64,000 nt of DNA. Source: an uncultured Methanomassiliicoccales archaeon (GTDB lineage: Archaea; Thermoplasmatota; Thermoplasmata; Methanomassiliicoccales; Methanomethylophilaceae). This document shows positions 48,744 through 58,451 of this stretch, piece by piece. Location of the stretch: assembly GCA_964634095.1 (NCBI GenBank), contig CAZWKY010000002.1, positions 313-64,312 of the forward strand, given 5' to 3'. A model generated the notes under the pieces. That model was not told the DNA's origin. It ran no database searches and saw only the letters and a list, made by a program, of their open reading frames with translations. The position numbers and the translations under genes were made by a program. Position 1 is the first letter of the stretch. Each line of letters begins with the position of its first letter.

Positions 48744-49115
48744 ATGACTGAAGAAGGGAAAGGGATGTCATCCAGGACCTGGAGCGCCATCGCCGCGGGA
48801 GTGTTCCTGCTGGCGGTCGCACTGGGCATCCTGATATACATGGAGACGGGGGACGCGTTCGACGCCCTCTGGACCATTCTCATCGTGTTCGGACTGTACA
48901 TCGGACTGTCGTCCGTCTTCAAGGACAGGGGCAACGACAACTTCGGACCCTCCGAGGCCGACGTGAGCCTCGTGGGCGGTGTCATACTGGCGGGGATCGG
49001 TGTGTCCGGACTCGTCTACAGCTTCACAGACGAGGTGCTCTACACCGTCGTGACGCTCATCGTCATCGTCGCGGTGGCGGGAATCGTGATGGCCATCAAG
49101 AACAGGAACGTGTGA
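48744..49115 (+). CDS. Small 4-TM membrane protein
   Basis: Four hydrophobic segments; operonic spacing. Confidence 0.75.
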   Translation: MTEEGKGMSSRTWSAIAAGVFLLAVALGILIYMETGDAFDALWTILIVFGLYIGLSSVFKDRGNDNFGPSEADVSLVGGVILAGIGVSGLVYSFTDEVLYTVVTLIVIVAVAGIVMAIKNRNV

Positions 49116-49117
49116 TC

Positions 49118-49651
49118 ATGGGATTGGACAACACTGTCAAAGACAAGATGAAGGGGGACATGTCCCTCACCGAGAGGATCGCACTCTACATCCCCGGATA
49201 CAGGGGATACAGGGAGAAGAACCTCCGCCGCGAGCAGGACAGGGCCGTGAGGAACGAGCTGTCCCGTGCGATACAGGGAACGAAATCGGACCTGGCCGAG
49301 ATCCAGAGGGAGCTCGTGACCAAACCCAAGCTGATGCTCGATGTCGAGAGGATCAGGACCAAGGTCGACAGGTACGATGTGGACATCAGAAAGGCCGTGA
49401 ACGGGTACTCCGGGTTCCACGACACCGTGAAGATCCTCGAGGACGACCTGGACAGACTCTGCGCATGGGATGCACAGATGCTCGAGGACATCCAGCTCAT
49501 GAGGACGGCCACAGAGGACCTCCTGAGGAGCGTGGACAACGAGGATGAGGTCAAGGCCGAGATCCGCAACCTGGAGAGGGGCGTGGACGACCTGATCGAG
49601 ATCTATCAGAAGAGGGAGTCCGTGATGAAGGGCTTCGAGACCAAGGAGTGA
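49118..49651 (+). CDS. Conserved alpha-helical/coiled-coil protein
   Basis: IPGYRGYREK..RE.DRAVR and NGYSGF motifs; amphipathic helices throughout. Confidence 0.75.
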   Translation: MGLDNTVKDKMKGDMSLTERIALYIPGYRGYREKNLRREQDRAVRNELSRAIQGTKSDLAEIQRELVTKPKLMLDVERIRTKVDRYDVDIRKAVNGYSGFHDTVKILEDDLDRLCAWDAQMLEDIQLMRTATEDLLRSVDNEDEVKAEIRNLERGVDDLIEIYQKRESVMKGFETKE

Positions 49652-49657
49652 TGAAGG

Positions 49658-50761
49658 ATGGGCAAAACCAATGTGGTCTCCTGGGACTCCCAGGGGCCCG
49701 ATGACATTATCTACGCATACGAACACGACGACCTCAGGACCCTCACGTCCGTGACGGTCCCCGAGCATGCCGTGGCGATCTTCACCAGGGACGGACAGCT
49801 CACCGGCGTCCTGGAGCCCGGAAGGCACATGATCACCAGCAGCAACATCCCCTGGCTGACCAAGCTGTACAACCTCGCCATGGGGTTCAAGGAGACACCC
49901 TTCAAGGTGCAGATCATCTTCGTGTCCCTGAAGATCTTCAACGGGAGATGGGGCATCCGCGGGATGGTCAAGGCCGCCAAGGGATACGAGGTCCCCATCA
50001 CCCTGATGGCCAACGGTGACTTCCAGTTCAGGGTCTCCGACGTGCCTGTGTTCTTCACCCAGGTGCTCGGAGGGATCAGATCCTACACCACCGGCGATGT
50101 GAACTCGTTCATGAAGGCATTCATCAACGAGCAGATCACCCAGCAGCTCTCCCAGCAGTACTACATGGAGATGCTCAACAACCTGGAGGTGGCATCCACA
50201 TCCACCAAGGTGCTGATCGAGCAGTACTTCGCCCAGAGGGGTATCGAGCTCCTCTCCCTGAAGATCGCCGAGGCCAGGACCACCGAGGAGGACCAGAAGA
50301 AGGTGTTCGAGTACCTCCAGTTCAGCAGTGCCAACGGAGAGGCGTTCAAGAGGTACGAGGTCATGGACAGGATGGCGGACGCCATCGGCAACTCCGAGGG
50401 AGGTGCGGCCATGGGTACGGGCATGCTCCTGTTCCCACAGATGTACCAACAGCTCCAGCAGCAGCCCCTGATGGGCGTACAGGGACAGCAGCAGGCGCAG
50501 CAGCAGCCGAAGGTCCTCTGCCCCTACTGCGGCGGACCCAACGACTATCCCTACAAGTTCTGCGGGAACTGCGGAAAGCCCTCGCCCCAGATGCAGGCGC
50601 AGCAGCCCCCGGCACCCCAGCCTGCCCCCGCACCGCAACCCGCCGCATCCGGCGCAGGTGCGGGCATGAGGTTCAACAACTGCCCCTACTGCGGACAGGA
50701 CATCAGCGGTCTCCCCAAGACCCCCAAGTTCTGCCCCTACTGTGCGGAACAGCTGTTCTGA
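49658..50761 (+). CDS. SPFH/Band-7 domain protein with double zinc ribbon
   Basis: V.VPEHAVAIF.RDG..LEPGRH SPFH start; Q/P-rich linker; CPYCG..CGNCG and CPYCG..CPYC. Confidence 0.85.
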   Translation: MGKTNVVSWDSQGPDDIIYAYEHDDLRTLTSVTVPEHAVAIFTRDGQLTGVLEPGRHMITSSNIPWLTKLYNLAMGFKETPFKVQIIFVSLKIFNGRWGIRGMVKAAKGYEVPITLMANGDFQFRVSDVPVFFTQVLGGIRSYTTGDVNSFMKAFINEQITQQLSQQYYMEMLNNLEVASTSTKVLIEQYFAQRGIELLSLKIAEARTTEEDQKKVFEYLQFSSANGEAFKRYEVMDRMADAIGNSEGGAAMGTGMLLFPQMYQQLQQQPLMGVQGQQQAQQQPKVLCPYCGGPNDYPYKFCGNCGKPSPQMQAQQPPAPQPAPAPQPAASGAGAGMRFNNCPYCGQDISGLPKTPKFCPYCAEQLF

Positions 50762-51184
50762 CGATCCTTACCCGGCCACGGCCGGGGCAAACCCCTTACT
50801 TCTCCACTGTTCTACGATTTCCGTAATATTACCGTCTTCTGATTACGGATTTCGTAGAATCAATCCGTAAATCATCCATACATCGACTATAAATAGTAGG
50901 AATTCGTAACATCATACAGGAGGCAAGTAAGAATCGCTAAACGACAAGTGACATGGATCTGCGGCGAGAACGGTCTGATGAACTCGGATGCGAAAGGGAA
51001 AGACTGGTCGATCGACACTTGCCCCTTGTTTGCATGAGATCACCCGATCGTTCGCAAGACCCGACCGATGACCGCAACAAACAGGCAACCGCCGCCTTAC
51101 CCCCTTTTTCCGGGGAGGTTTCACCGACCCCCACGTGCCGATGGCCACGTTCCCCTTTTTTAACATCAATGATATCCTGGGGCC

Positions 51185-51709
51185 ATGAGCGATTTGAAGG
51201 ACTTCGTCACGACCATCCCCGACTTCCCCGAGCCGGGGATCATGTTCAGGGACATCACGACCATAGTCAACAGCGGAGAGGGTCTGAAACTGGCCATCGA
51301 CCAGCTCCTGGATGCCATCAAGGACCTGGACTTCGACCTCGTCGTCGGTTCCGAATCCAGAGGATTCGTCTTCGGCACCCCCCTCGCATACGAGCGCGGG
51401 AAGGGATTCGTCCTGGTCCGCAAGAAGGGCAAGCTCCCCAGGGAGACCATCTCCGAGAGCTACGAGCTGGAGTACGGCTCCGCCACACTCGAGATGCACA
51501 AGGACGCCATAAAGCCCGGACAGAAGGTCGTCATCGTGGACGACCTCATCGCCACCGGCGGAACCACCGAGGCCATCGTCAAGATGGTGGAGAAGGAGGG
51601 AGGGGAGATCGTGAAGATCCTCTTCGTCATGGAACTCGCCGGACTCAAGGGCAGGGAGAAACTGAAGGGATACGACGTCACATCCCTGATCACGTACGAG
51701 GGTGCGTGA
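51185..51709 (+). CDS. apt: Adenine phosphoribosyltransferase (bacterial type)
   Basis: Motifs PDFPEPGIMFRDITT, ESRGF, VRKKGKLP, IVDDLIATGGT. Confidence 0.96.
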   Translation: MSDLKDFVTTIPDFPEPGIMFRDITTIVNSGEGLKLAIDQLLDAIKDLDFDLVVGSESRGFVFGTPLAYERGKGFVLVRKKGKLPRETISESYELEYGSATLEMHKDAIKPGQKVVIVDDLIATGGTTEAIVKMVEKEGGEIVKILFVMELAGLKGREKLKGYDVTSLITYEGA

Positions 51710-51710
51710 G

Positions 51711-52211
51711 ATGAGGATCACCAGCACCGGGATCGTGGACGGTTTCCTCCTGGACAAGTACGGTGTCAAGGGCAACATGTTCGTCAACGGCATGCCCGGA
51801 CTGTCCATGCCCTTCGAGATCGAGGACGCCCCCGAGGGCACCAAGAGCTTCGCGGTGGTCTTCGATGATTACGACGCGATCCCCGTCAGCGGATTCTGCT
51901 GGATCCATTGGATCCTGTGCGACCTGAAGAGGACGTCCGTGAAGGAGGGAGAATCCCACAACAACCCCGACTTCACCGAGGGCTGCAACAGCTGGCACGG
52001 CATCGCGGACCGTCTCACCAGGGAGCAGGCCGTCGGATACGGCGGTCCCGCACCCCCCAACTGCACCCACAGGTACACCCTGAAGGTGTACGCCCTGGAC
52101 ACGGAGCTCGGACTGGAGAAGGGATTCTTCCTCAACGAACTCCACTTCGCGATGGAGGGGCACATCCTGGACCACGCGACGTTGATGGGACAGTACTCCC
52201 CCAAGGAATGA
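51711..52211 (+). CDS. YbhB/YbcL-family PEBP/RKIP-like protein
   Basis: Motifs DDYDA, WIHW, YGGPAPP..HRY...YALD. Confidence 0.9.
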   Translation: MRITSTGIVDGFLLDKYGVKGNMFVNGMPGLSMPFEIEDAPEGTKSFAVVFDDYDAIPVSGFCWIHWILCDLKRTSVKEGESHNNPDFTEGCNSWHGIADRLTREQAVGYGGPAPPNCTHRYTLKVYALDTELGLEKGFFLNELHFAMEGHILDHATLMGQYSPKE

Positions 52212-52269
52212 ACGGTGACCGCACAGGGGGCATGTCCCCCTGCCATCACCGGAACTCGGAAAACGATCA

Positions 52270-52346
52270 TGGCGGCCCCGCCGGGATTCGAACCCGGGTT
52301 GTTGGTTCCGAAGGCCAACAGGATAAATCCACTACCCCACGGGGCC
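52270..52346 (-). tRNA. tRNA-Arg(UCG)
   Basis: Anticodon arm TTGGC-CTTCGGA-ACCAA (C31:A39 mismatch); CCA encoded. Confidence 0.93.
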
Positions 52347-52439
52347 ACTGGGTCGGATTAGACAACACCACGATAAAACACTGCCTATCATTTTCCATGG
52401 ATGGCAATTCCTATATCCGACGGCGGAGATTCGGCGGTC

Positions 52440-53486
52440 ATGCCGAAGGTGATTATGAATCATGGTGCCGGCGGAGAGCTCATGCAGGAGTTCCTCTCCA
52501 AGCACATCACTAGCCATTTCCCCAAGATGAACGCGGACGTCCCCCTGGATTCCATGGATGATTCCGCAGTCGTCGACGATGTCGTCTTCACCATAGACGG
52601 ACACACCGTCAAACCCCTGTTCTTCCCCGGAGGGGACATCGGTAAGATCTCCGTCGCGGGGACCGTCAACGACATCTCCGTCATGGGTGCGACCCCCATC
52701 GCCCTCGGCTGCTCCGTCATCATGGAGGAGGGTCTGGACATAGAGGTCGTGGACAGGGTAATGGACAGCATGGGCAGGACCGCACAGGGATGCGGGGTGC
52801 CCATCGCCACCGGCGACACCAAGGTCGTGGAGGCGGGTGCCGTGGACCAGATGGTCATGTCCACATCGGCCGTCGGCAAGAGGTCCCAGTACCTGGACTC
52901 CGATCTGGCCAAGGCCGCCGAGTACAGGAAGGTGGAGAACAGATGGTGCACCGACTCCAGCGTCAGACCCGGTGATGCGATCATAGTGTCCGGTCATGTC
53001 GGGGACCACGGTGTGGCCCTGCTGTCCTTCCGCGAGGGATACGGGTTCGAGAGCGAGGTCCAGAGCGATGTGGCCCCCCTCAACAACATGATCGCCGAGG
53101 GACTGAAGGTCGGAGGCATAGTGGCCATGAAGGACCCCACCCGCGGAGGACTCGCCAACACACTGAACGAGTGGTGCTCCAAATCCCATATCGGTATGGA
53201 GATCGACTACGCGTCCATCCCCCTGAGGGACGGTGTGGTCAACGCATGCGACCTCCTCGGCATCGACCCCCTGAGCATCGGCAACGAGGGTAAGGCGGTC
53301 ATCGGGGTCGTCCCCGAGATGGCCGAGGATGTCGTCAAAGCTCTCAGGAGGACACCGGAGGGCAAGGACGCCGCCATCATCGGATACGCCACGGAAGGTG
53401 TGGAGAGGGTCATCCTCAGGACCGAGATCGGCGGAAGGAGGATCCTGGAGGCCCCCGCAGGGGACCCCGTTCCCAGGATCTGCTGA
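52440..53486 (+). CDS. hypE: Hydrogenase maturation carbamoyl dehydratase HypE
   Basis: Motifs HGAGG, FFPGGDIG, TGDTKVV, KDPTRGGLA, NEG, C-terminal PRIC. Confidence 0.96.
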   Translation: MPKVIMNHGAGGELMQEFLSKHITSHFPKMNADVPLDSMDDSAVVDDVVFTIDGHTVKPLFFPGGDIGKISVAGTVNDISVMGATPIALGCSVIMEEGLDIEVVDRVMDSMGRTAQGCGVPIATGDTKVVEAGAVDQMVMSTSAVGKRSQYLDSDLAKAAEYRKVENRWCTDSSVRPGDAIIVSGHVGDHGVALLSFREGYGFESEVQSDVAPLNNMIAEGLKVGGIVAMKDPTRGGLANTLNEWCSKSHIGMEIDYASIPLRDGVVNACDLLGIDPLSIGNEGKAVIGVVPEMAEDVVKALRRTPEGKDAAIIGYATEGVERVILRTEIGGRRILEAPAGDPVPRIC

Positions 53487-53605
53487 TATCCCGTATCACC
53501 CGGGAGGGGTCGGTCCCCTCCCCGCAAACCCCATATCATCCCCCGCTCCCGCAACCCTGCAGGATTCTTATACTGGCACCCCATCGCACGGACAGGTGCA
53601 CAGAA

Positions 53606-54793
53606 ATGGTCACATTCCTTCCATTCAAAGGCTACAGGCCGAACCTGAGGGCGGGCGAACACGTCAGCGACCGCATCTCCCCTCCCTACGATGTCATCGG
53701 GGACGATTATCTCAAGGACCTCCAGTCCCGTCCGTTCAACGTCACCAACCTCACCCTGAAACCCGACACCGACAAGAGGTACCATGGGGCCAGAGAGGAA
53801 CTGGACTCCTGGATAGAGTCGGGTGCACTGAAACAGGATGACGATTCATTCTACATCTACGAGCAGACCTTCGACGACAACGGGACCGAGAGGGTCCGCA
53901 CCGGGATCGTCGGTATCCTGAAGACCGAGAGCTATGAGGAGGGGCACATCATCCCCCACGAGGAGACCTTCTCCAAGGTCAAGGCGGACCGCCTCAACCT
54001 CCTCAGGGACATGGAGGCCCACCTGGAGTCCATCTTCGGAATCTACGAGGGCTTCACCCCCGAGCTCAACAGGAGGATCACCGACAGCGCATCCCTGGTG
54101 TACAGGTACGTGGACGACGCCAAGGTCGAGCACAAGTACTACAGGCTCTCCGATCCGGAGGTCACCGCGGAGGTCACCGAGCAGCTGAAGGACCAGAGGA
54201 TGCTCATCGCCGACGGTCACCACAGGTACGAGACCGCCCTGAACTACTCCCTGGAGAACCCCGACGATGAGAGGAAGGGGTACGTGCTGGCCACATTGGT
54301 CGCCGCGGATGACTCCGGGCTCGTGATCTGGCCCACCCACCGTCTGGTGGACTCCGAGAACATCTCCGAGAAGAACGCCATCAAGGGGATCTCCAAGGAG
54401 ATGACCCTGACCGAGGTCACCCAGGAGGAAATGGAGGCTGGACTGAAGGACCACCTCATGGGACTGATGTTCAGGTCCGGGAAGTGCTTCCTCGCGGATT
54501 ACGAGGGTGACGGATCGGCCATGTGGGGACTGGACACCTATGTCGCACAGGAGAAGGTCCTCAAAGGCGTGTACAAATCCGACGAGGGTAAGGGCATCGT
54601 GTCATATGATGCGGAACTGACCTCGGTGAAACAGAAGATGGCCGACAAGAAACACGACCTGGCCATCGTCCTGAACGATCCGAGCCTCCAGACCATCTGG
54701 GACCTGTCCATGGACGGGAAGCGCATGCCCAAGAAGACCACATTCTTCTTCCCGAAGATCTGGTCGGGATTCGTCTTCTACCTGATGAGATGA
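53606..54793 (+). CDS. DUF1015-family protein
   Basis: Motifs SPPYDVI, IPHEET, IADGHHRYETA, MPKKTT.F.PK. Confidence 0.9.
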   Translation: MVTFLPFKGYRPNLRAGEHVSDRISPPYDVIGDDYLKDLQSRPFNVTNLTLKPDTDKRYHGAREELDSWIESGALKQDDDSFYIYEQTFDDNGTERVRTGIVGILKTESYEEGHIIPHEETFSKVKADRLNLLRDMEAHLESIFGIYEGFTPELNRRITDSASLVYRYVDDAKVEHKYYRLSDPEVTAEVTEQLKDQRMLIADGHHRYETALNYSLENPDDERKGYVLATLVAADDSGLVIWPTHRLVDSENISEKNAIKGISKEMTLTEVTQEEMEAGLKDHLMGLMFRSGKCFLADYEGDGSAMWGLDTYVAQEKVLKGVYKSDEGKGIVSYDAELTSVKQKMADKKHDLAIVLNDPSLQTIWDLSMDGKRMPKKTTFFFPKIWSGFVFYLMR

Positions 54794-54926
54794 ACATCGG
54801 GTGACATCACCCGGAAACCGCTTCCCAACCCCTTTCCCTTTTTTCCCCGGAATATCACCGTACGATGTAACGACAGAGACGGTGATGGATAACAGAATCA
54901 GATGATAACGGGGTGGAAAAGTTAGA

Positions 54927-55001
54927 TGGAGCCGCCGATGGGAATCGAACCCACGACCTACGCCTTACCAAGGCGTCGCTATACCCCTTAGCCACGGCGG
55001 C
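54927..55001 (-). tRNA. tRNA-Thr(GGU)
   Basis: Anticodon arm ACGCC-TTGGTAA-GGCGT; CCA encoded. Confidence 0.96.
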
Positions 55002-55098
55002 AGTTGTAAGTGGTCGTATCCAGCTATCGTATATAACGGTTATTATTAACGGGTTTAAGACCGCCCCCTGAGAAGGAGACGGTCTAAAGGGTTTAGAG

Positions 55099-57585
55099 TC
55101 ATTCCTCGGTATTCTGCTCCGATCCGGTCCTGTCCAGGAACCTCGGACCGACCCAGCTCCATCTGCCCATGAGGTGCATAAGCGCCGGGACCACATAGGG
55201 GACGACCAGCAGCGAATCCACCAGGATAGCGAATCCGAGTGCGAATCCGACCTCCTGGAGCATGGTGGATCCTGACAGCAGGAGTGTTAGGAATGTACCG
55301 CCCATGATCAATCCGCAGAGGGAGATGATGGAGCCGGACCTGACGAGGGCCTCCTGTATGGCCTCGTCGTCGGAGAGTCCCTTGAGCTTTCCCTCCCTGA
55401 TACGAGTGGTCAGCAGGATGTCGTAATCCATACCGAGTCCGAGACAGATCACGAACAGCACGATGGGTACGATCCAGACCACATCGGTGGACAGGACATG
55501 CACGAACAGGAGCTGCACCATGCCGAGTGTCCAGACCACACTCATCAGAATGGTCGCCAGGGACCTGACAGGCGTGAGGTACGATCCGAGCACGAAGAAC
55601 AGGAGCACGTAGATCAGCAGGATGACACCGAGCTCGATCCAGTTGAACTCCCCGTTCACGACATCGGAGATGTCCGAGAGCTTCGCAACCGTTCCCAGCA
55701 CCCAGGAGTCCACGATCCAGGAGTATTCCCCGTCGGCCCTCAGATCGGAGATGGTGTCCCTTATGGCACCGACGGACCCCATCGATGTTGTGGACATGGG
55801 CTCGTCCCTGACGATCACCATCAGCTGGACATAGGTACCGTCATCGGAGACCAGTCCGGCACCGACATTGATCGCGTAATCGATCAGAGATGCCATGGGC
55901 ACCTGCATCTCGGCGCTCAGGGGGAGCATTGTGTCGGGGGAGAGGTTCCACCCGTATGTTCCGAAGAAGGCCTCGAGCTGCAGCGCCACCATGTCGGGGA
56001 GTGCGGAGAGTGCCGCCCTGTTGACCATCTCGGGGGTAATGGCCGCCTCGGGGACACCCTGTGTGACGATTGCCTGGCGAGCCATACCGTACACGGAGGA
56101 CCATGCCGTGGGTCCGAGGGCATAGCTCACGTTGTCGTCACCGTCCACTATGCTCTGGGACACGGTGGCCAATCCGACAAGATAAGCTGGGTCCCTCCAC
56201 GTCAGCACGCCCACACCATCCGACACCTTCGTGACATCGGCGATGGGCGACTCCAGTTGGAGCAGTGCATATGTGGGCATGATCAATCCGCCATCGGTGT
56301 TGGATGTCACCGCATCCACACCCTCGCGGGCATCGCTGTCGGGCATGACGCTGACCATGTCGAAGGAATCCTCCGAGGTCATGGCCACATATCCCAGGGG
56401 GACGGTCAGCAGGAGTGCGACCACCAAGATGGGTGCTGCGTGCCTGGTGGAGAACCTCCCGGCACGGGTGAAATACCTCTTGCTGAAATCCACGAGCTTT
56501 CCGTAGGCCCCGTTGCGCTCTTCGCTTCCGGACCTGTAGGAATCGATGGTCCTGGGCCAGAAGACCCTGTCCCCGAAGACCGCGATGATCGCGGGGATGA
56601 GGGTCAGTGCGGCCAGCATGGCCATGACTATTCCGATGGCGAGGACGATCGCCATGGTGGACACGAGACTGTAGGAGCAGAGGGACATGACCGCGAATCC
56701 GATGATGACCGCCAAACCGGATGTCATGACGGACTCCCCGGCCCACTTAACGGCCTCTGTGACGGCTTCGGACTTCCCCCTACCGGCCTTGCGCTCCTCT
56801 CTGTACCTGGAGATGATGAAGATGGAGTAATCACAGCCCGCTCCGAGCATGGAGACGAGCACGATGGTCTTCGTGATGTAGAAGATGTCGAACATCTGAC
56901 CGAGAGCGAACATGAGCGCCAGGACCAGACCGTATGCCCCTCCGACCACCAGCGGGGGTGCGAATGCCGTCACGAGTGTCCAGAAGAACAATCCCAGCAG
57001 CAGGAGGATCAGGAGGATCGACAGGGGATCTATCTTCGCCACATCGGCGTTGGCACCCTCCATCGTATCGTACGTGATGGCCGAAGCGCCGGTGACGTAG
57101 TGCGCCATGTCGGACAAACCCGCCACACCCATCGCGGATGTGATGACATCCCTGATGTTGCCGATCTCGTCCATGACATCCAGCTCACCGAAGTCGATGA
57201 GCACCATGAAGACACCGTTCTCAGCATCATCGCTGCTGAACGCACCCATGACGCTGTATGTCACGGCATCACCGTACCTGTCCGATATGCCTGTGCCCAG
57301 GACACCAGAACCTATCAGTCCCGTCTCCAGGTCGGAGAGTTGGGACCCATCCTCATACGGGACCACCAGGACAGTGTCCACATTGAGTCCGCCTTCGAAG
57401 TTATCCGCGACGATGTCGGCCCCCTCCGTTGCCTCGGAGGTGAAACCGCCCATGCTTGTCATATCGTAACTGAGGACATCCTCAGCCTGTGCCGCGAAGG
57501 GCAACGCCACCAGTATGGCGACGATCCAGACCGCGATCATGGCCTTGGGATGTTTCAGAACGAATTTCGAGTAGTTCTCAAACAT
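55099..57585 (-). CDS. MMPL/RND-family membrane transporter
   Basis: Two TM modules with extracellular loops; GAGCDYSIF..RYREE and GLGMDYDIL..R.RE. Confidence 0.9.
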   Translation of the reverse strand: MFENYSKFVLKHPKAMIAVWIVAILVALPFAAQAEDVLSYDMTSMGGFTSEATEGADIVADNFEGGLNVDTVLVVPYEDGSQLSDLETGLIGSGVLGTGISDRYGDAVTYSVMGAFSSDDAENGVFMVLIDFGELDVMDEIGNIRDVITSAMGVAGLSDMAHYVTGASAITYDTMEGANADVAKIDPLSILLILLLLGLFFWTLVTAFAPPLVVGGAYGLVLALMFALGQMFDIFYITKTIVLVSMLGAGCDYSIFIISRYREERKAGRGKSEAVTEAVKWAGESVMTSGLAVIIGFAVMSLCSYSLVSTMAIVLAIGIVMAMLAALTLIPAIIAVFGDRVFWPRTIDSYRSGSEERNGAYGKLVDFSKRYFTRAGRFSTRHAAPILVVALLLTVPLGYVAMTSEDSFDMVSVMPDSDAREGVDAVTSNTDGGLIMPTYALLQLESPIADVTKVSDGVGVLTWRDPAYLVGLATVSQSIVDGDDNVSYALGPTAWSSVYGMARQAIVTQGVPEAAITPEMVNRAALSALPDMVALQLEAFFGTYGWNLSPDTMLPLSAEMQVPMASLIDYAINVGAGLVSDDGTYVQLMVIVRDEPMSTTSMGSVGAIRDTISDLRADGEYSWIVDSWVLGTVAKLSDISDVVNGEFNWIELGVILLIYVLLFFVLGSYLTPVRSLATILMSVVWTLGMVQLLFVHVLSTDVVWIVPIVLFVICLGLGMDYDILLTTRIREGKLKGLSDDEAIQEALVRSGSIISLCGLIMGGTFLTLLLSGSTMLQEVGFALGFAILVDSLLVVPYVVPALMHLMGRWSWVGPRFLDRTGSEQNTEE

Positions 57586-57593
57586 GATTTCAC

Positions 57594-57644
57594 TTGAACG
57601 CGCTCAAAAAAAGTATCCTATTTAATGATTTTGAACATGCTCAA
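57594..57644. promoter_or_regulatory. Two palindromic operators (TTGAACGCGCTCAA 57594-57607; TTGAACATGCTCAA 57631-57644) flanking the MMPL TATA box
   Basis: Lie in the divergent mmpL/tetR intergenic region; a third exact copy is at 60430-60443. Confidence 0.7.
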
Positions 57645-57726
57645 AAATGATTGCGAAGTTTCGACAGGACACGAAAGGACAGGTTTATATCGTGAGACGA
57701 CCGCTTCATGACCATAGTACGGTGAT

Positions 57727-58398
57727 GTGACCATGACTGAGAGACGTGTCAGAGGGAAGGCCGAGAAGACGGCGGAACTGAGACGTCGCATCATGGACGT
57801 GTCCGTGGAGCTCTTCTTCGAGAACGGATACGAGAAGACCACCACGCGCCAGATCCTCCAGAGGGCGGGCATCCTCAACGGCAGCCTGTACAACATCTAT
57901 CACGGCAAGGAGGAGATCTTCGCCGACATCGTCGAGGGGGCATTGGACGATTCCATCAGGGCATCGGAGAGGTTCATGAAGGACCCCACGTTCCTGGACA
58001 GGATCGGATTCCCCATAATCCTGGAGATATACGCATCGTTCAGATCACCCCGCATAGCCGAGTTCCTGTCCATCGCCCACCGCAAATGGGACATCATGCA
58101 GAGGGTCTGCGACCTGATGAAGAGATGGATCGAGGACAAGGACACGGAACACCTCATCGACACGGGGTCCGACGAGTTCAGGGTCCGCATGTACATGTGC
58201 CTTGGAGCCATGGGGAACATCATCGAGGCCATATACCGTGACCCGGAGTCCATATCGGAGAAGGATGCCATCATCGTCCTGGTGACGATGCTCCTGGAGG
58301 TGTTCGGCCTGCCGTCCGACGGGGTGGAGGCCAAGACAGGGGAGATCTTCAGGGCCATAGACGGCAACGACATCGTGATCTGCGGCATCCATCTGTGA
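57727..58398 (+). CDS. TetR/AcrR-family transcriptional regulator
   Basis: ELFFENGYEKTTTRQI..AGI.NGSLYNIY..KEEIF. Confidence 0.92.
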   Translation: MTMTERRVRGKAEKTAELRRRIMDVSVELFFENGYEKTTTRQILQRAGILNGSLYNIYHGKEEIFADIVEGALDDSIRASERFMKDPTFLDRIGFPIILEIYASFRSPRIAEFLSIAHRKWDIMQRVCDLMKRWIEDKDTEHLIDTGSDEFRVRMYMCLGAMGNIIEAIYRDPESISEKDAIIVLVTMLLEVFGLPSDGVEAKTGEIFRAIDGNDIVICGIHL

Positions 58399-58451
58399 TC
58401 CCGACAGGCCGTTGCCAATGTTTATCTTACATATCGTTCTAGACCGGGACC

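Noticed and set aside
50960-51065. Hammerhead ribozyme suggested by CTGATGA...CGAAA
   Set aside because: Stem II does not pair (ACTCGGATGC), and no NUH cleavage triplet sits next to the stem I partner.
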